DNA of 64,000 nt from Octopus vulgaris (lineage: Eukaryota): contig OX597816.1 in NCBI GenBank assembly GCA_951406725.2, forward strand, positions 37,758,001 to 37,822,000. The letters are read 5' to 3'. Below, one piece after another: positions 1-12,502 of the stretch. Within the stretch, counting starts at the first letter, position 1. Each line of letters starts with the position of its first letter. A program made the translations under genes and the position numbers. The notes under the pieces are model-generated. The model had not been told where the DNA came from. It was given only the letters and a program-made list of their open reading frames with translations, and searched no databases.

Positions 1-127
1 ATTCCATTAGCTTTGGCCGAAAATAGTGGACTGGCATCCATTCGAACATTATCAGAAGTCAAATCAAGACAATTAAATGAGAAAAATTGCAGACTAGGAA
101 TTGATTGCTTAAATAAAGGAACTTCAG
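1..127 (+). CDS. CCT5: CCT5 (TCP-1 epsilon) penultimate coding exon, 5'-truncated by the window edge
   Basis: Frame 1 reads [42 protein letters not shown], matching the CCT5 C-terminal region (human IPMALSENSG...LGIDCLHKGTN). Donor G|GTAAG at 128, phase 1. Confidence 0.95.
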
Positions 128-290
128 GTAAGACTCATTAACTGTTCCAAATGTTTGTCATTTAAATTCATTGTAATAGTTTTGGTTGACAAATATTTTA
201 ATCCTCTCAATTTAATAAGTTAATTTTAAAAAAAACTAAGAGGAGTTCTCTCTCATACATATTGAGGACAAAGCAGTAACGTTTTGGCAT

Positions 291-669
291 CTCTCTCTTT
301 TACTTGTTTCGGTCATTTGACTGCGGCCATGCTGGAGCACCGCCTTTAGTCGAGCAAATCGACCCCAGGACTTATTCTTTGTAAGCCCAGTACTTGTTCT
401 ATCGGTCTCTTTTGCCGAACCACTAAGTGGCGGGGACGTAAACACACCAGCATCGGTTGTCAAGCAATGCTAGGGGGACAAACACAGGCACACACACATA
501 TATACGACAGGCTTCTTTCAGTTTCCGTCTACCAAATCCACTCACAAGGCATTGGTCGGCCCGGGGCTATAGCAGAAGACACTTGCCCAAGATGCCACGC
601 AGTGGGACTGAACCCGGAACCATATAGTTGGTTAGCAAGCTACTTACCACACAGCCACTCCTGCGCCTA
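291..669 (-). mobile_element. tRNA-derived SINE family A (CORE-like segment, internal microsatellite)
   Basis: Head aggcgcaggagtggctgtgtggt (A box) and ggttccgggttcagtccc (B box), CORE-like cttgggcaagtgtctt, tail gactgaaacaagtaaaagag. More than 10 copies in the window. Confidence 0.9.
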
Positions 670-916
670 TCATTTTTTTTTTTTTTTTTTGTGCCTACTT
701 TTCCTTGCTGGCAAAGTTTCGATTAGACTTTTTAGGCAGTATTTTCCAGCCAAATGCCCCCTCATAACAACACCTTATTACATGGATGCCCATCCTAACG
801 CCAACCACTTTGCAGTATTTGCTTTTATAGCACAGGTGCAGGACTTTTGCAGGTCAATCCTCATCACCAGGGGGGACCAGTCTTAACATGCTGTCCAGTT
901 TAAAAATCAACATAAT

Positions 917-1281
917 AGGTGCAGGCGTAGGTGTGTGGTAAAAGGTTTGCTTTCCAGCCACATAGTTCCAGGTTCAGTCCCACTGCATGGCAACTTGGGC
1001 AAGTGTCTTCTACTATAGCCTTGGGCTGACCAAAGCCTTGTGAATGGATTTGGTAAACAGAAACTGAAAGAAGCCTGTTGAATATGTTTGCATGTCTGTG
1101 TTTGTCCCCCACCCCCACCACCATTGCTTGACAATCAATGTTGGTGTGTTTATGTCCCTGTAACTTAGCAGTTCGGCAAAAGAGACCAAATAAGTACTTG
1201 GCTTACAAAGAATAAGTCCTGGGGTCGATCTGCAGTGCTCCAGCATGGCTGCAGTCAAATGACTGAAACAAATAAAAGAAT
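917..1281 (+). mobile_element. SINE family A
   Basis: Collinear with the other copies. Confidence 0.88.
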
Positions 1282-1752
1282 AATGTAATGATCATTGGTA
1301 TATGTTGTGAAAATTGTTTTTTTCACTTTCACCTGCCCAAATAGGTTGAAAGTTGATTACATATATATATTTACAAGACATCTATTCTTGAGCATTGATT
1401 TCTTGTCTCAGATTCGACTTGGTGCTCCAGTTTGTTTCTGTAATTTGGAAGCTGCACAACTTCGATTCGAAAAAGCATTCCAGTATATGCCTTCATCTCC
1501 CCCATTCAGAGGTTTTCTAAAGCCCAACAAATTAGTCCTATTTACTTTTATTACTATAATTACTCTTACTAATATGCTGAGAGGCCCCACTTTTAAAATA
1601 TCTCCAAATTTTAACTCGCTGCTTGAGGTATTAACTACCATTATGCTCAGAAATAGAAAAAAGGAAAAATTCTGAGGAATTCGTTTGATAAAAACAAAAA
1701 ATAAACAAGCAAGAGGTCTTTCGTCAGGGGGTTCTTCCTAAAATACAGTTAA

Positions 1753-1973
1753 CCCTTTTGTTACCAACCCGGCTGAAACCGGCTCTGGCTCTGAGTACAA
1801 ATGTCTTGTTTTCATAAGTTTTGAATTAAAATCTTTCACCAAACCTTAGTCACAATTTATGTTCCTAACACTAGCTGAATGATAACTAAGTTATTTTACT
1901 AAATTCTTTGTTATATTTAAAATTAATTGAAAGAAACACAGAGCATCTCAAAATATATCCAGTAACGAAAGGG
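1753..1973. mobile_element. piggyBac-type MITE (TTAA TSD)
   Basis: TTAA|CCCTTT(T)GTTAC...GTAACGAAAGGG|TTAA. Near-identical copy at 26681-26900 and a partial copy at about 62939-63035. Confidence 0.9.
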
Positions 1974-2217
1974 TTAAACTCACACAGAAGAGTGCTTTGT
2001 TCCAATTTTCAACCCCAAACAGCAGTATTATATGTATTAGAGTTTTGAACCTGGTTACAGTTGCACTTTCAGCGTAGGACTGAAGAATGTACTTCAAATA
2101 GACTTTGTAGTTTTTCTATTTCAACTCCCCACTTATAAAATATACAGTTTATGGTAATTTCATGAATAATATGTAATTTTATCTCATGTGAATATTTCTT
2201 TTTGTTTCCAAATGCAG

Positions 2218-2342
2218 ATATGAAAGAGCAACATGTGTTGGAAACACTTACTGCCAAGAAACAGCAGATAATGTTGGCTACGCAGTTAGTTCGTATGATC
2301 TTGAAGATTGATGATATTAGAGCTCCTGGTGAAATGTATTAA
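2218..2342 (+). CDS. CCT5: CCT5 terminal coding exon
   Basis: Pyrimidine tract plus CAG acceptor at 2217. G|AT joins in phase to give [41 protein letters not shown], the typical CCT5 C-terminus. Confidence 0.95.
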
Positions 2343-3011
2343 ACAAATGCATATAGCTTTTATTTCATTGCTGGCCGAGTCACAAGTTATTTAAAGGTTT
2401 TCTTCTACCATCTCATGCTATATTCTTTGCAGTCATATTTTGCATAAAATTTGTATACAAAAAAGTTCAGTGGAAAGCAACGTTGCAGCATTTTTTTTTT
2501 TATGTATTTTTTTTTTTTTTTTTTCTCTCTCTCTGATTGTTATTAAACACATCTGACATTATTATTATAGTTATTTTCAATTATTCCTCATTTTTTGCCT
2601 GCAAGTAAAATCGTCATGACAAAATGGCTAAATGGTTAGCATCAGGAGTTAAAGGATCATCCTCATCACTGCCACTATAGAAAATGCCTTACAAATCACA
2701 ATTTAATGTTTGGAGGCAGTAGTTTATTTGTTCGTGTCCTTTTGGAAAAGCATGAAATTCATAACCTCTCCTAATGTTCACTTTGTGTCTTCTAATTTAA
2801 GTCTTTTCAATAGCTTGGAGATAGGTGAGCTTTGAAAAGTTAACATTGCGCTTCACAAAATGAAAGTCTTTAATGGTTACCCAAATGTTTGTGGGGCGTT
2901 ACATTTACCAAAAGTTCTCTTCACTTTATACTCAAATAATGTAATCTCCTTTCAAACTGGTTCTGTTATGATATTCCTTCTGTCTATAATGGTAGTCTAA
3001 AATATAAACAA

Positions 3012-3298
3012 CTAGCAGTATCGCCTGGCGTTGCTCGGGTTTGTAAGGGAAATAACTATATAAGCATTTTTAGAGAGTTACTTCCCTTATATAACCCGAG
3101 CAAAAATCATTAAAAATGATGGTAATTTTTTTTTTTAAATCATTGACGCGCGCTAATACCCAGAAGGGCTCGATATGAATGACGACTATAAGAAACCTGC
3201 TTTTGGTTAAACTGCACTACAAAATGTGGGAGTAGTTAGGAATCTAAATCGGAGGAGACAGGGTCTCACACACACAACTACAATTTTATATATAAAGT
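3012..3298 (-). mobile_element. Non-autonomous Helitron
   Basis: On the minus strand it ends with hairpin CCCGAGCAACGCCAGG and CTAG|T. Same family at 13392-13735 and 57787-58182. Confidence 0.8.
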
Positions 3299-3924
3299 TT
3301 ACTTAAGCCATTAAGTTTAATATCGCTTTCTTGTATACGATGAAATATATGGATAGGATGTATTCCAATTTGACCTGGATTTATTTCTCTTTAATATGAG
3401 ATCAGAAATTAATATTGGCTTCGTAGCTTGCCTGTTGTATATGTGTGGATGTTGATATTTCACATGTGACCATGTGAGCAAAGCAGTGATGATGTTGACA
3501 TTTTATTTGATTACTCTCTACTTTTGAAATATAAACATCTCTTGGCTGAAAAGGTAGGTGAGGTTTGGTAAGTATCTCCTCATCTAACCCATGCTAGTAT
3601 AGGAAAATGGACTAGGAAGGGAAATATTTATTTTAAATTAAGGCTGCATTTGGTCTTTTTCGCCAGATTTGATGAATAACACTCATCTTGTTGCAACAAT
3701 ATGCATGAGTGAGTGAGTGAGTGTCATCATTTAATGTGTGTTGTCCATGCTGGCACCAATTGGGCAGTTTAACCAGGGCTGGCATGGCCGGAGTCCACAC
3801 CAGGCTCCATTGTCTTTTCTGGAATGGTTTCTATTACTGGATACCCTTCCTAATACCAACCACTCCACAAGGGATACTGGGTGCTTTCTATGTCGTACCA
3901 GCATTGGTATTAATTCTGTTGTGG

Positions 3925-4822
3925 CAGGCAGGTCTTCTTGAGTTACAATGATCTCATCTTCGTGGCTGGAGATTTTAATGGGCATGTCACTGGTATCTTC
4001 CATGGAATTGGTTCCCAAAGCGAAGAGGGAACTGGGCTATTGGGGTTCTGTGATGCAAGCAACCTATTAATCTGCAACACCAACTTCAGGAAGCCAGCCA
4101 CCCGATAACCTATCAATCAGGCGACTTTGCTAGCCAGATTGATTTCATCTTCACCAGACAGCAGCATGCATGGTTGCTTTTAAATATAAAGACCCTTCCT
4201 GGTGAAGAATGTACCCCAAGCATAGGCTAGTCATCAGTGACGTTAGACTCAAGGCCAGAAGGATGCCAAGAAGCGAATCAATCCAGAAATGGATTTGGAG
4301 GCTGAGGAACCCATCACGTGGTCAGAGATTTAGGGTCATCTTCATTGAGAAATTTGAGATGGAAGATCTACAGACTTGTGACATAGAGGGTAACTGGAAA
4401 TTCCTGCATGACAGCTTACTGAGTGCCACAGACCAAATTTGTGGCTTGTGCAAAATCCCTTCCAGACCTAGGGTAACATGGTGGAATAATACTGTAGACA
4501 AGTCCATTAGAGTAAAGAAACAAGCCTGGAAGAGTTGGGGTGGCAGGGGAACTACCAGATAGCCAGAAGGGAGGCTAGGAGACCGGTATATATAGCCAAG
4601 GGAGAAGCAGAAGATAAGTTTGCCGATGTTCAGTGACATGAGGACCAAAGAACTGAAGTATTTTGGATTGCAAGACTGTGTGAGAATGAATTATGATGTC
4701 ACAGGAATGTGTCCAAATGGATGATGGTGCACTTGAATTTAATGATTCTGCAAAGAAAGAGGCTTGAAGACGCCATTTGCTGAATGTAGAGAATGAATGG
4801 GAGGAGGAGGGTCTGCCAAACT
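3925..4822 (+). mobile_element. Degenerate RTE LINE relic (APE endonuclease C-terminus and linker)
   Basis: FVAGDFNGH, NLLICNTNFRKP, QIDFI, TWWNNTVDK; frameshifted. Confidence 0.85.
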
Positions 4823-5129
4823 ACACACTTGTAAACCAAAAATGGGTTGTTTACATCCTCATAACTTAGAATAAATACCAGACCTAAAAAGTTATTACTG
4901 GGTTCACTTCATTTTACTAAAAACCTTTAAGGCAGTGCTGCAGTCCAATGACTGAAACTGCATTGTACAAAATGCTTGGCAACATTTCTGGCTCTTTAGG
5001 TTATGAGTTCAAATATTGCTGAGGTCAACTTTGCCTTTCATCCATTCTTCAATAAAATAAGTACCAATCAAGTACTGGGATCAATGAAATTGAATAAACC
5101 TCTCCCCACAAAATTATATACTCCTTGTA

Positions 5130-6690
5130 GTGAAATGGGTTGATAAGGTAATCGAGGTAGTTAGAGTCTGTGATAGAATACTTAAGCTTAGATTAATGCT
5201 GTAACGTGAATTAGCAACTATTATCTCGGCCTATGCCCCTCAGTCAGGGCTAGCTGATGAACTGAAAGACCAATTTTATGACACCCTCTTGCAGACTACT
5301 TCGTCAACAAATGACAATTTGATACCTCTGTAATTCTCTTTGTGGCTGGCGACTTCAACGGGCACGTTGGACAACATCCATGGTGTACATGGTGGCAAAT
5401 AGATTTGGTTCCCGCAATGAGGAGGGAACCAGGCTGCTGGAGTTCTGTGATGCAAATGATCTTATGATTTGTAATACTAACTTCAGGAAACCTACAAGTC
5501 TGGTGGGTACACTGGTCAGATTGACTACATTCTCGCCAGCAAATGGGAAAAATGGCTACTTATAAATGCCAAAACTTTCCCAGGTAAAGAATGCACCCCA
5601 CAACATAGGCTACTAGGTAGCAACTTCAGGATCAGGGCTAAATAGCTGCCCAGAAGATGACTAGCATGGGAAAGAGGGGTTTAGAAGCTTAAGGATCCTC
5701 TGAATGGACAGATTTAGAGTTATATTACTTGAAACTTTTGATGAAAAAGAGAGGGATATAGTATCACATAATATTGAGGACAGCTGGAGATTCCTACAGG
5801 ACAACTTATTGAGAGCTACTGACCAAATCTGTCGCTGGTGCAAAGGCCCCTCTTGATCTAAGGTAACATGGTGGTGGAACAATCAAGTTGACAGGGCCAT
5901 TAGGGAAAAGAAACAGGCATGGAAGTGTGGTGGTAGCTGGGAACATCAGATTGCTAGAAGGGAAGCTAGGGGACAAGCTTATTTAGCCAGAGGGGGAGCA
6001 GATGAGAAAAAATTTGCCAATGTTCAGCATCATGAGGATCAGAAACTTGAAGTGTTTCATATTGCAAAACAGTGTGTGGGAGAGAAATGTGTCCACATGG
6101 ATGATGGCTCTCTTGCATTTAATGATGCTGCAAAGAGACTTAGAGATGCCACTATGAAAAGTTGCTAAATGAAGAGAATGAATGGGAGAAAGAATTTTCT
6201 AAATGTGGACCTAACAGAGGGACCAGCTATTTGAATTGACAGTACTTTGGTAGATAAAGCAATTAAGGGTATGAAGACGAGGAAAGCCTCCAGCCAATCA
6301 GGAATCACTGCTGAGATGCTTAAAATATCTGGTGGTGTGGGTCATAGTCTAGTCACCTGTATTGTAAATCAGGTAGTTCACGAAGGAGTCATACCTAATG
6401 ATGGGTGTAGCTGCACCACGGTCAACTACTGCAAAGGTGATGCTTTAGATAGAAATAACTACTGGGGTACCAAATTACTGGTTCGAGTGATGAAAGTCAT
6501 GGAGAGGGTCATAACCCAACTAATTAGGGAGAGAGCCTAGATAAGATGCAGTTTGGTTTTGTGCCAGGTAGAAGCACCACTGATGCTATATTTCTGGTAA
6601 GGCAATTCGAGACAGGCTGCTCCTGAGAGCTCCTCTATGTTGATGACCTTGATCTCATAGATGAATCACTCCCAGAACTAGAGAAGAACG
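5130..6690 (+). mobile_element. Degenerate RTE LINE relic (endonuclease to RT, internal deletion)
   Basis: ISAYAPQ, AGDFNGHVG, RNEEGTRLLEFC, KAIKGMKTRKA, MQFGFVPGRSTTDAIF, LLYVDD. Confidence 0.88.
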
Positions 6691-7361
6691 GTGGTTTTGG
6701 GGAAAAAAAAAAATGGTCCCTATAAAATGCTAGCTTCAACACCATATTTTGTCTTTAGTTCTAGACCTTCTAAGGTCTAACCACAGAGCACACTGCCAGT
6801 TCTAGCGACAGCAGCCTCATGGAGACGAATCAACACTTGACCAACAGCATACGGCAATCTCCATCTCCGTCGCCAACAACATCCCTCAACATACACAGCA
6901 GCCAACAACTGTCACACATGGTTCTATCTCCTCATTGTTTGTGAATCACTTCACCGTGGTTAACGGAAATTACAACCTGCGAGAACTTCCTGTATCAAGT
7001 GACTGGCAGCAGCATAGTAGCCACAACTTCTTACACAACATGTGCTTCGACAGGCTCTGCTTCTTCGCCTCAACTTCTTGTTACAGCACCTCATCTATTG
7101 TGTACCTTACTACAAATTGGTATTTATCTTCATTGTGTCTGAACATTCTTCTAGTATCCTATTATAGACTCTTTCTATGCTCTGTATTTAATGCACATTA
7201 TGTATACATGACAGCCTGTCTATTATTATTATTATTATGCTTATATGATGCATACACAGACACATATTAACACATAAATAAAAATCTTCTCTTAACCTTC
7301 TACCGGTTGTGTCTTTTTTTTCCTTCTGGCACTTGTACTCATTCATACCTTTTGCATTTAT

Positions 7362-7673
7362 TGGTGGCATGTAAAAAGCACCATCCGTTCGTGGCCATTG
7401 CCAGCCTTGCCTGGCCCCCATGCTGGTGGCATGTAAAAAGCACCATCTGATTGTGGCCGTTTGCCAGCCTCGTCTGGCACCTGTGCCGGTGGCACGTAAA
7501 AAGCACCCACTACACTCACGGAGTGGTTGGCGTTAGGAAGGGCATCCAGCCGTAGAAACACTGCCAGATCAGACTGGGCCTGGTGCAGCCTTCTGGCTTC
7601 CCAGACCCCAGTTGAACCATCCAGCCCATGCTAGCATGGATAGCGGACGCTAAACGATGATGATGATGATGAT
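7362..7673 (+). mobile_element. RTE 3' tail copy ending in (GAT)n
   Basis: Matches the 3' UTR of the 35810-38394 LINE (ggcgttaggaagggcatccagcc...catgctagcatgg). Confidence 0.9.
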
Positions 7674-8128
7674 GTAATCGACCATGTGATGTATTAAAGG
7701 AGCCATTCATCGTCACCTCTCCTTCGCAAACCTTCAATGGCTGGAGAAAGTTCAAAAGGTCAGCTCATTCTCATTAATCTGTAAGTGCTGAGAGAAGAAA
7801 ACAAAAGAATTTAAATTTTAAAATGCTGATTTCTCCGGCTAAAAACTCTTCAAGGCGGTGCCCCAGCATAGCCGCTGTCTAATAACTGCAACAAGTAAAA
7901 ATTTTTAAAATTCTGTCGTCGATACATTCGACTAAAATTTCTTCAAAGAAGTGCTCAAGCATGACCGCAGTCTAACTGCAACAAGTACGTGAAAAAAATT
8001 ACGGAAAATATAACTGTGGGCCTTTGTCCTACACTCTTAGTAGACCTAGTTTATAATTGTATTTATAACTAGATTTACAAAACAGGTGAATGTTCATATT
8101 GTTCACCTTGACGTCAATATCAAATACC

Positions 8129-8360
8129 TATTTCTTTATTAACCACAAGGGGCTAAACACAGAGGGGACAAACAAGGACAGACATAGGTATTAAGTCGAT
8201 TACATCGACCCCAGTGCGTAACTGGTACTTAATTTATCGACCCTGAAAGGATGAAAGGTAAAGTCGACCTCGGCGGAATTTGAACTCACAACGTAACGGC
8301 AGACGAAATACCGCTAAGCATTTCGCCCGACGTGCTAATGTTTCTGCCAGCTCGCCGCTT
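8129..8360 (-). mobile_element. tRNA-derived SINE family C with 16-bp TSD
   Basis: ggcgagctggcagaaac...gagttcaaattcc...gcctttcatcctttc.gggtcgataaattaagtacc. TSD GTCAATATCAAATACC at 8113-8128 and 8361-8376. Confidence 0.88.
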
Positions 8361-8583
8361 GTCAATATCAAATACCGGCACTGAAAACATGGTTATCATA
8401 CACTTTATGGGTAAAAGAAAAAAAAGTAGACGGGAAGTGACGATGGTGATATCCGGTATTTCCCGAATAAAAGTGGTGATTTTATTGACAGAACTCCCTC
8501 ACTATACCACACGCAGAGGCACCTACTTGGGCAGGACGTCGGAAGAAAATGTAGCCCAGGTTTCGTAGCATAGAATAAATATT

Positions 8584-8985
8584 TACTCTTTTACTTGTTT
8601 CAGTCATTTGACTGCGGCCATGCTGGAGCACTGCCTTTAGTCGAGCAATTCGACTCCGGGACTTATTCTTTGTAAGCTCAGTACTTATTCTATCGGTCTC
8701 TCTTGCCGAACCGCTAAGTGACGGGGACGTAAACACACCAGCATCGGTTGTTAAGCAATGCTAGGGGGACAAACACAGACACACAAACATATACACACAC
8801 ACATATATATATACATATATACGACAGGCTTCTTTCAGTTTCCGTCTACCAAATCCACTCACAAGGCATTGGTCAGCCCGGGGCTATAGCAGAAGACACT
8901 TGCCCAAGATACCACGCAGTGGGACTGAACCTGGAACCATGTGGTTGGTAAGCAAGCTACTTACCACACAGCCACTCCTGCGCCT
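8584..8985 (-). mobile_element. SINE family A
   Basis: Full-length copy. Confidence 0.9.
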
Positions 8986-9145
8986 AGATAAATAAATTTA
9001 CAAGTGCTGGGAAGGATTCACCATCTCAGAACATTTTGAAAATGGTTCCTTGCGGCTTTAATACACAGCTGTGCACATCTAACCATATTTAGGTACACCC
9101 GACATAAAATAGTGACATCGATAGAAATTTACTTGTTTGCTCTTG

Positions 9146-9934
9146 GGATCTTTTCCTTTTGAACGGCACTTTGTAACATAATTTCTAGGTAACTAAAAAG
9201 TTTTAAACTTCGTATACTGGTAGAATGTGTTTATAAAAGATCATTTTCTCTTGGCCTTATTGAGAAAATTCTATAGTTTGTAAGATATTTCATCTGAAAA
9301 TTTTTGCATTTCGGCAATTTTAACCAATCAATTACCTCCATTGACATAAATAACATTCTGTGCATAATGAATATGTCCCTCCTTTAAGAAACAGATTGGG
9401 TTTATTTACATTTGTGAAGAAAAAAGATACCCTTCCCCCACCCCTAAATCTAAAATAGATTGAAATGCAATAGATCGATACTAGGGTTATACTTATGGGT
9501 GACAATTTCATACGACACCGCTACGGAAAATGGGATATTTTTCTAGCGATGTCAAATGAAAATGTCACTCATAATTATGGCCCTAGTATCTATCTATTGC
9601 ATTTCAATCTATTTTAGATTTAGAGTTAGAGTTAGGGTTAGGGGAAGGGTATCTTTTTTTCTTCACAAATCTAAATAAACCCAATCTGTTTCTTAAAGGA
9701 GGGACATATTCATTATGCACAGAATGTTATTTACATCAATGGAGGTAACTGATTGGTTAAAATTGCTGAAATGCAAGAAATTTTAGACGAAATATGTTAC
9801 AACCTATAGAATTTTCTCAATAAAGCCAAGAGAAAATTATGTTTTATAAACACATTCTACCAGTATACGAAGTTTAAAACTTTTTAGTTACCTAGAAATT
9901 ACGTTACAAAGTGCCGTTCAAAAGGAAAAGATTC
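9146..9934. mobile_element. Fold-back DNA element (Merlin-like: GG terminus, 8-bp TSD)
   Basis: About 385-bp inverted arms around position 9533; TIR GGATCTTTTCCTTT; TSD TGCTCTTG on both sides. Confidence 0.85.
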
Positions 9935-10092
9935 TGCTCTTGTTATCCACTTGTAATGGCCATATACATGTGAAACGATGTGGTTTCAACTTTAGACTTT
10001 TCAACACCCGTTGGCATGACCTCCTGCTTATGTGAGATGGTGCATCAATTTATGTATTGATATTTTTGGCCATCGAGTAATCATTTGGCAAA

Positions 10093-10288
10093 TCATCATC
10101 ATCATCATCATCGTTTAACATCCGTTTTCCGTGCTAGCACGGGTTGGACGGTTTAACCGGGGTCTGGGAAGCCAGGGGCTGCTCCAGGCTCCAGTCTGAT
10201 CTGGCAGAGTTTCTACGGCTGGATGCCCTTCCTAACGCCAACCACTCCGTGAGTGTAGTGGGTGCTTTTTTACGTGCCACCTGCACAG
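10093..10288 (-). mobile_element. RTE 3' tail copy
   Basis: (CAT)n followed by the same UTR sequence. Confidence 0.88.
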
Positions 10289-10729
10289 GATATGAACTCT
10301 TATTCCTTAAGATGACGTTATCAACTAAGCAGATTATACAACACACCATATACACTTTTATTTTAATCCAGCAGATGCTAACTATGAATATTTATGGATA
10401 TGCCATTGAAATCATCGATCAGTATGTATACGAATACGAGAAGGATAGAGAAGAAAGTGATATAGATTTTGCAAAGCATAAATGTTCTAAATAATTTATG
10501 GTGTTCCAATTGTAAGGTCTTTAGGGGGGAGGGGGGCTGTGCATTAACCCTGTGGTACGTCAATTCTTAATCAACATTTGCATCGTTCTTTTTGCTGGTA
10601 AGCCTTTACCCAGAAACTTGACATCAAAAATTTCACGCATTTGCTTAACAAAACCCATTCTCACATATGCATCCACAATCTCCACTCTTTCCGCTATTGA
10701 GTACCTCATCTTGCGGAAAAGTCTAGAGA

Positions 10730-11140
10730 TAGGCGCAGGAGTGGCTGTGTGGTAAGTAGCTTGCTAACCAACCACATGGTTCCGGGTTCAGTCTCACTGC
10801 GTGGCACCTTGGGCAAGTGTCTTCTACTATAGCCTCAAGCCGACCAATGCCTTGTGAGTGGATTTGGTAGATGGAAACTGAAAGAAGCCCGTCGTATATA
10901 TGTATATATATATGCATGTGTGTGTTTGTCCCCCTAGCATTGCTTGACAACCGATGCTGGTGTGTTTATGTCCCTGTTACTTAGCGGTTCGGCAAAAGAG
11001 ACCGATAGAATAAGTACTGGGCTTGCAAAAAAAATAAGTCCCGGGGTCGAGTTGCTCAATTAAAGGCGGTGCTCCAGCATGGCCGCAGTCAAATGACTGA
11101 AACAAGTAAAAAGAGTAAAAAGAGTAAAAAAGAGAGAGAA
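10730..11140 (+). mobile_element. SINE family A
   Basis: Full-length copy with (GTAAAAAGA)n tail. Confidence 0.9.
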
Positions 11141-11209
11141 AGAGATGTTCACTCGATGCAGTCTTACAATCAACTAATGTGGTGAGGGTAATGTAACAGT
11201 CGACTAGTG

Positions 11210-12014
11210 GGATCTTTTCCTTTCGAAGGCCAGATTTCAACATTATTTCTAGTTAACTAAACACTTTAAAACTTCGTATACTGGTAGAATGTGTCAAAAG
11301 AAAACATTACTTTCACTTGGCTTTCTTGATAAATTTGTAATTCGTTTGTTTAAAGTAGTTTAATTTTTCGAATTTTAACCAATGAATCGCCTCTATTTGA
11401 GCTGAAATCATTTGCTGCATCTAAAAACTGAGACAACATCCTATAACTAACCCTCCCCCTCCTCCTAACCCTAATTTTTTTTTTCTTAATTGTTAAATTA
11501 ATTGTTAGGGGGAGGGGGAGGACTGGTTACAGGATGTTGTCTCAGTTTTTAGACGCAGCAAATGATTTCAGCTCAAATAGAGGCGATTCATTGGTTAAAA
11601 TTCGAAAAAAAAGGCGGCGAGCTGGCAGAAACGTTAGCACGCCGGGCGAAATGCTTAGCAGTATTTCGTCTGCCGCTACGTTCTGAGTTCAAATTCCGCC
11701 GAGGTTGACTTTGCCTTTCATCCTTTCGGGGTCGATTAAATAAGTACCAGTCACGCACTGGGGTCGATATAATCGACTTAATCCGTTTGTCTGTCTTCGT
11801 TTGTCCTCTCTGTGTTTAGCCCCTTGTGGGTAGTAAAGAAATAGGTTAAAATTCGAAAAATTAAACTACGTTAAACAAACGAATTACAAATTTATCAAGA
11901 AAGCCAAGTGAAAATAATGTTTTCTTTTGACACATTCTACCAGTATACGAAGTTTTAAAGTGTTTAGCTAACTAGAAATTGTGTTGAAATCTGGCCTTCA
12001 AAAGGAAAAGATCC
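11210..12014. mobile_element. Related fold-back element interrupted by SINE C
   Basis: Same terminal GGATCTTTTCCTTT and shared aaacttcgtatactggtagaatgtgt; about 275-bp arms; no TSD seen. Confidence 0.8.
11613..11843 (+). mobile_element. SINE family C with 17-bp TSD, nested in a fold-back MITE
   Basis: TSD GGTTAAAATTCGAAAAA at 11593-11609 and 11844-11860. Confidence 0.9.
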
Positions 12015-12502
12015 AATTAAGTACCGGTTACGCACTGGTGTCGATGTAATCGACTTAATCCGTTTGTCTGTCCTTGTTTGTCCCCTCTGTGTTTATCCCC
12101 TTGTGGGTAGTAAAGAAATAGGTATTTCGTCTGCTGTTACGTTCTGAGTTCAAATTCCACCGAGGTCGACCTTGCCTTTCATCCTTTCGGGATCGATAAA
12201 TTAAGTACCAGTTACGGACGGGGGTCGATGTAATCGACTTAATCCGTTTGTCTGTCCTTGTTTGTCCCTTCTATGTTTAGCCCCTTGTGGGCAATAAAGA
12301 AATAAGAAACGTTAGCAAGCCGGGCGAAATTCTTAGCGGTATTTCGTGCGTCTTTACGTTCTGAGTTCAAATTCCACCAAGGTCGACATTGCCTTTCATC
12401 CTTTCGGAGTCGATAAATTAAGTACCAGTTGCATACTAGGTCAATCTAATCGACTGCCCCATTCCCCAAAATTTTGGGCGTTGTGCCTATAGTAGAAAAG
12501 AA
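12015..12502 (+). mobile_element. Tandem partial SINE family C units
   Basis: Three head-to-tail partial copies. Confidence 0.8.

Noticed and set aside
236-1258. Recurring 60-140 aa ORFs (MTTDAGVFTSP..., YDRLLSVSVYQIHSQG...) here and at other SINE A copies
   Set aside because: These are translations of SINE A sequence, not genes.
1712-1735. Minus-strand CUGACGA core
   Set aside because: No downstream stem II-GAAA-UH arrangement.
6700-7350. Possible solo LTR (AATAAA near the end)
   Set aside because: No clear TG...CA termini, TSD or second copy visible.
10370-10720. Exon-like segment after an AG acceptor
   Set aside because: Motifs (IEIIDQYVY, KPILTYAS) resemble decayed LINE RT, with no partner exons.
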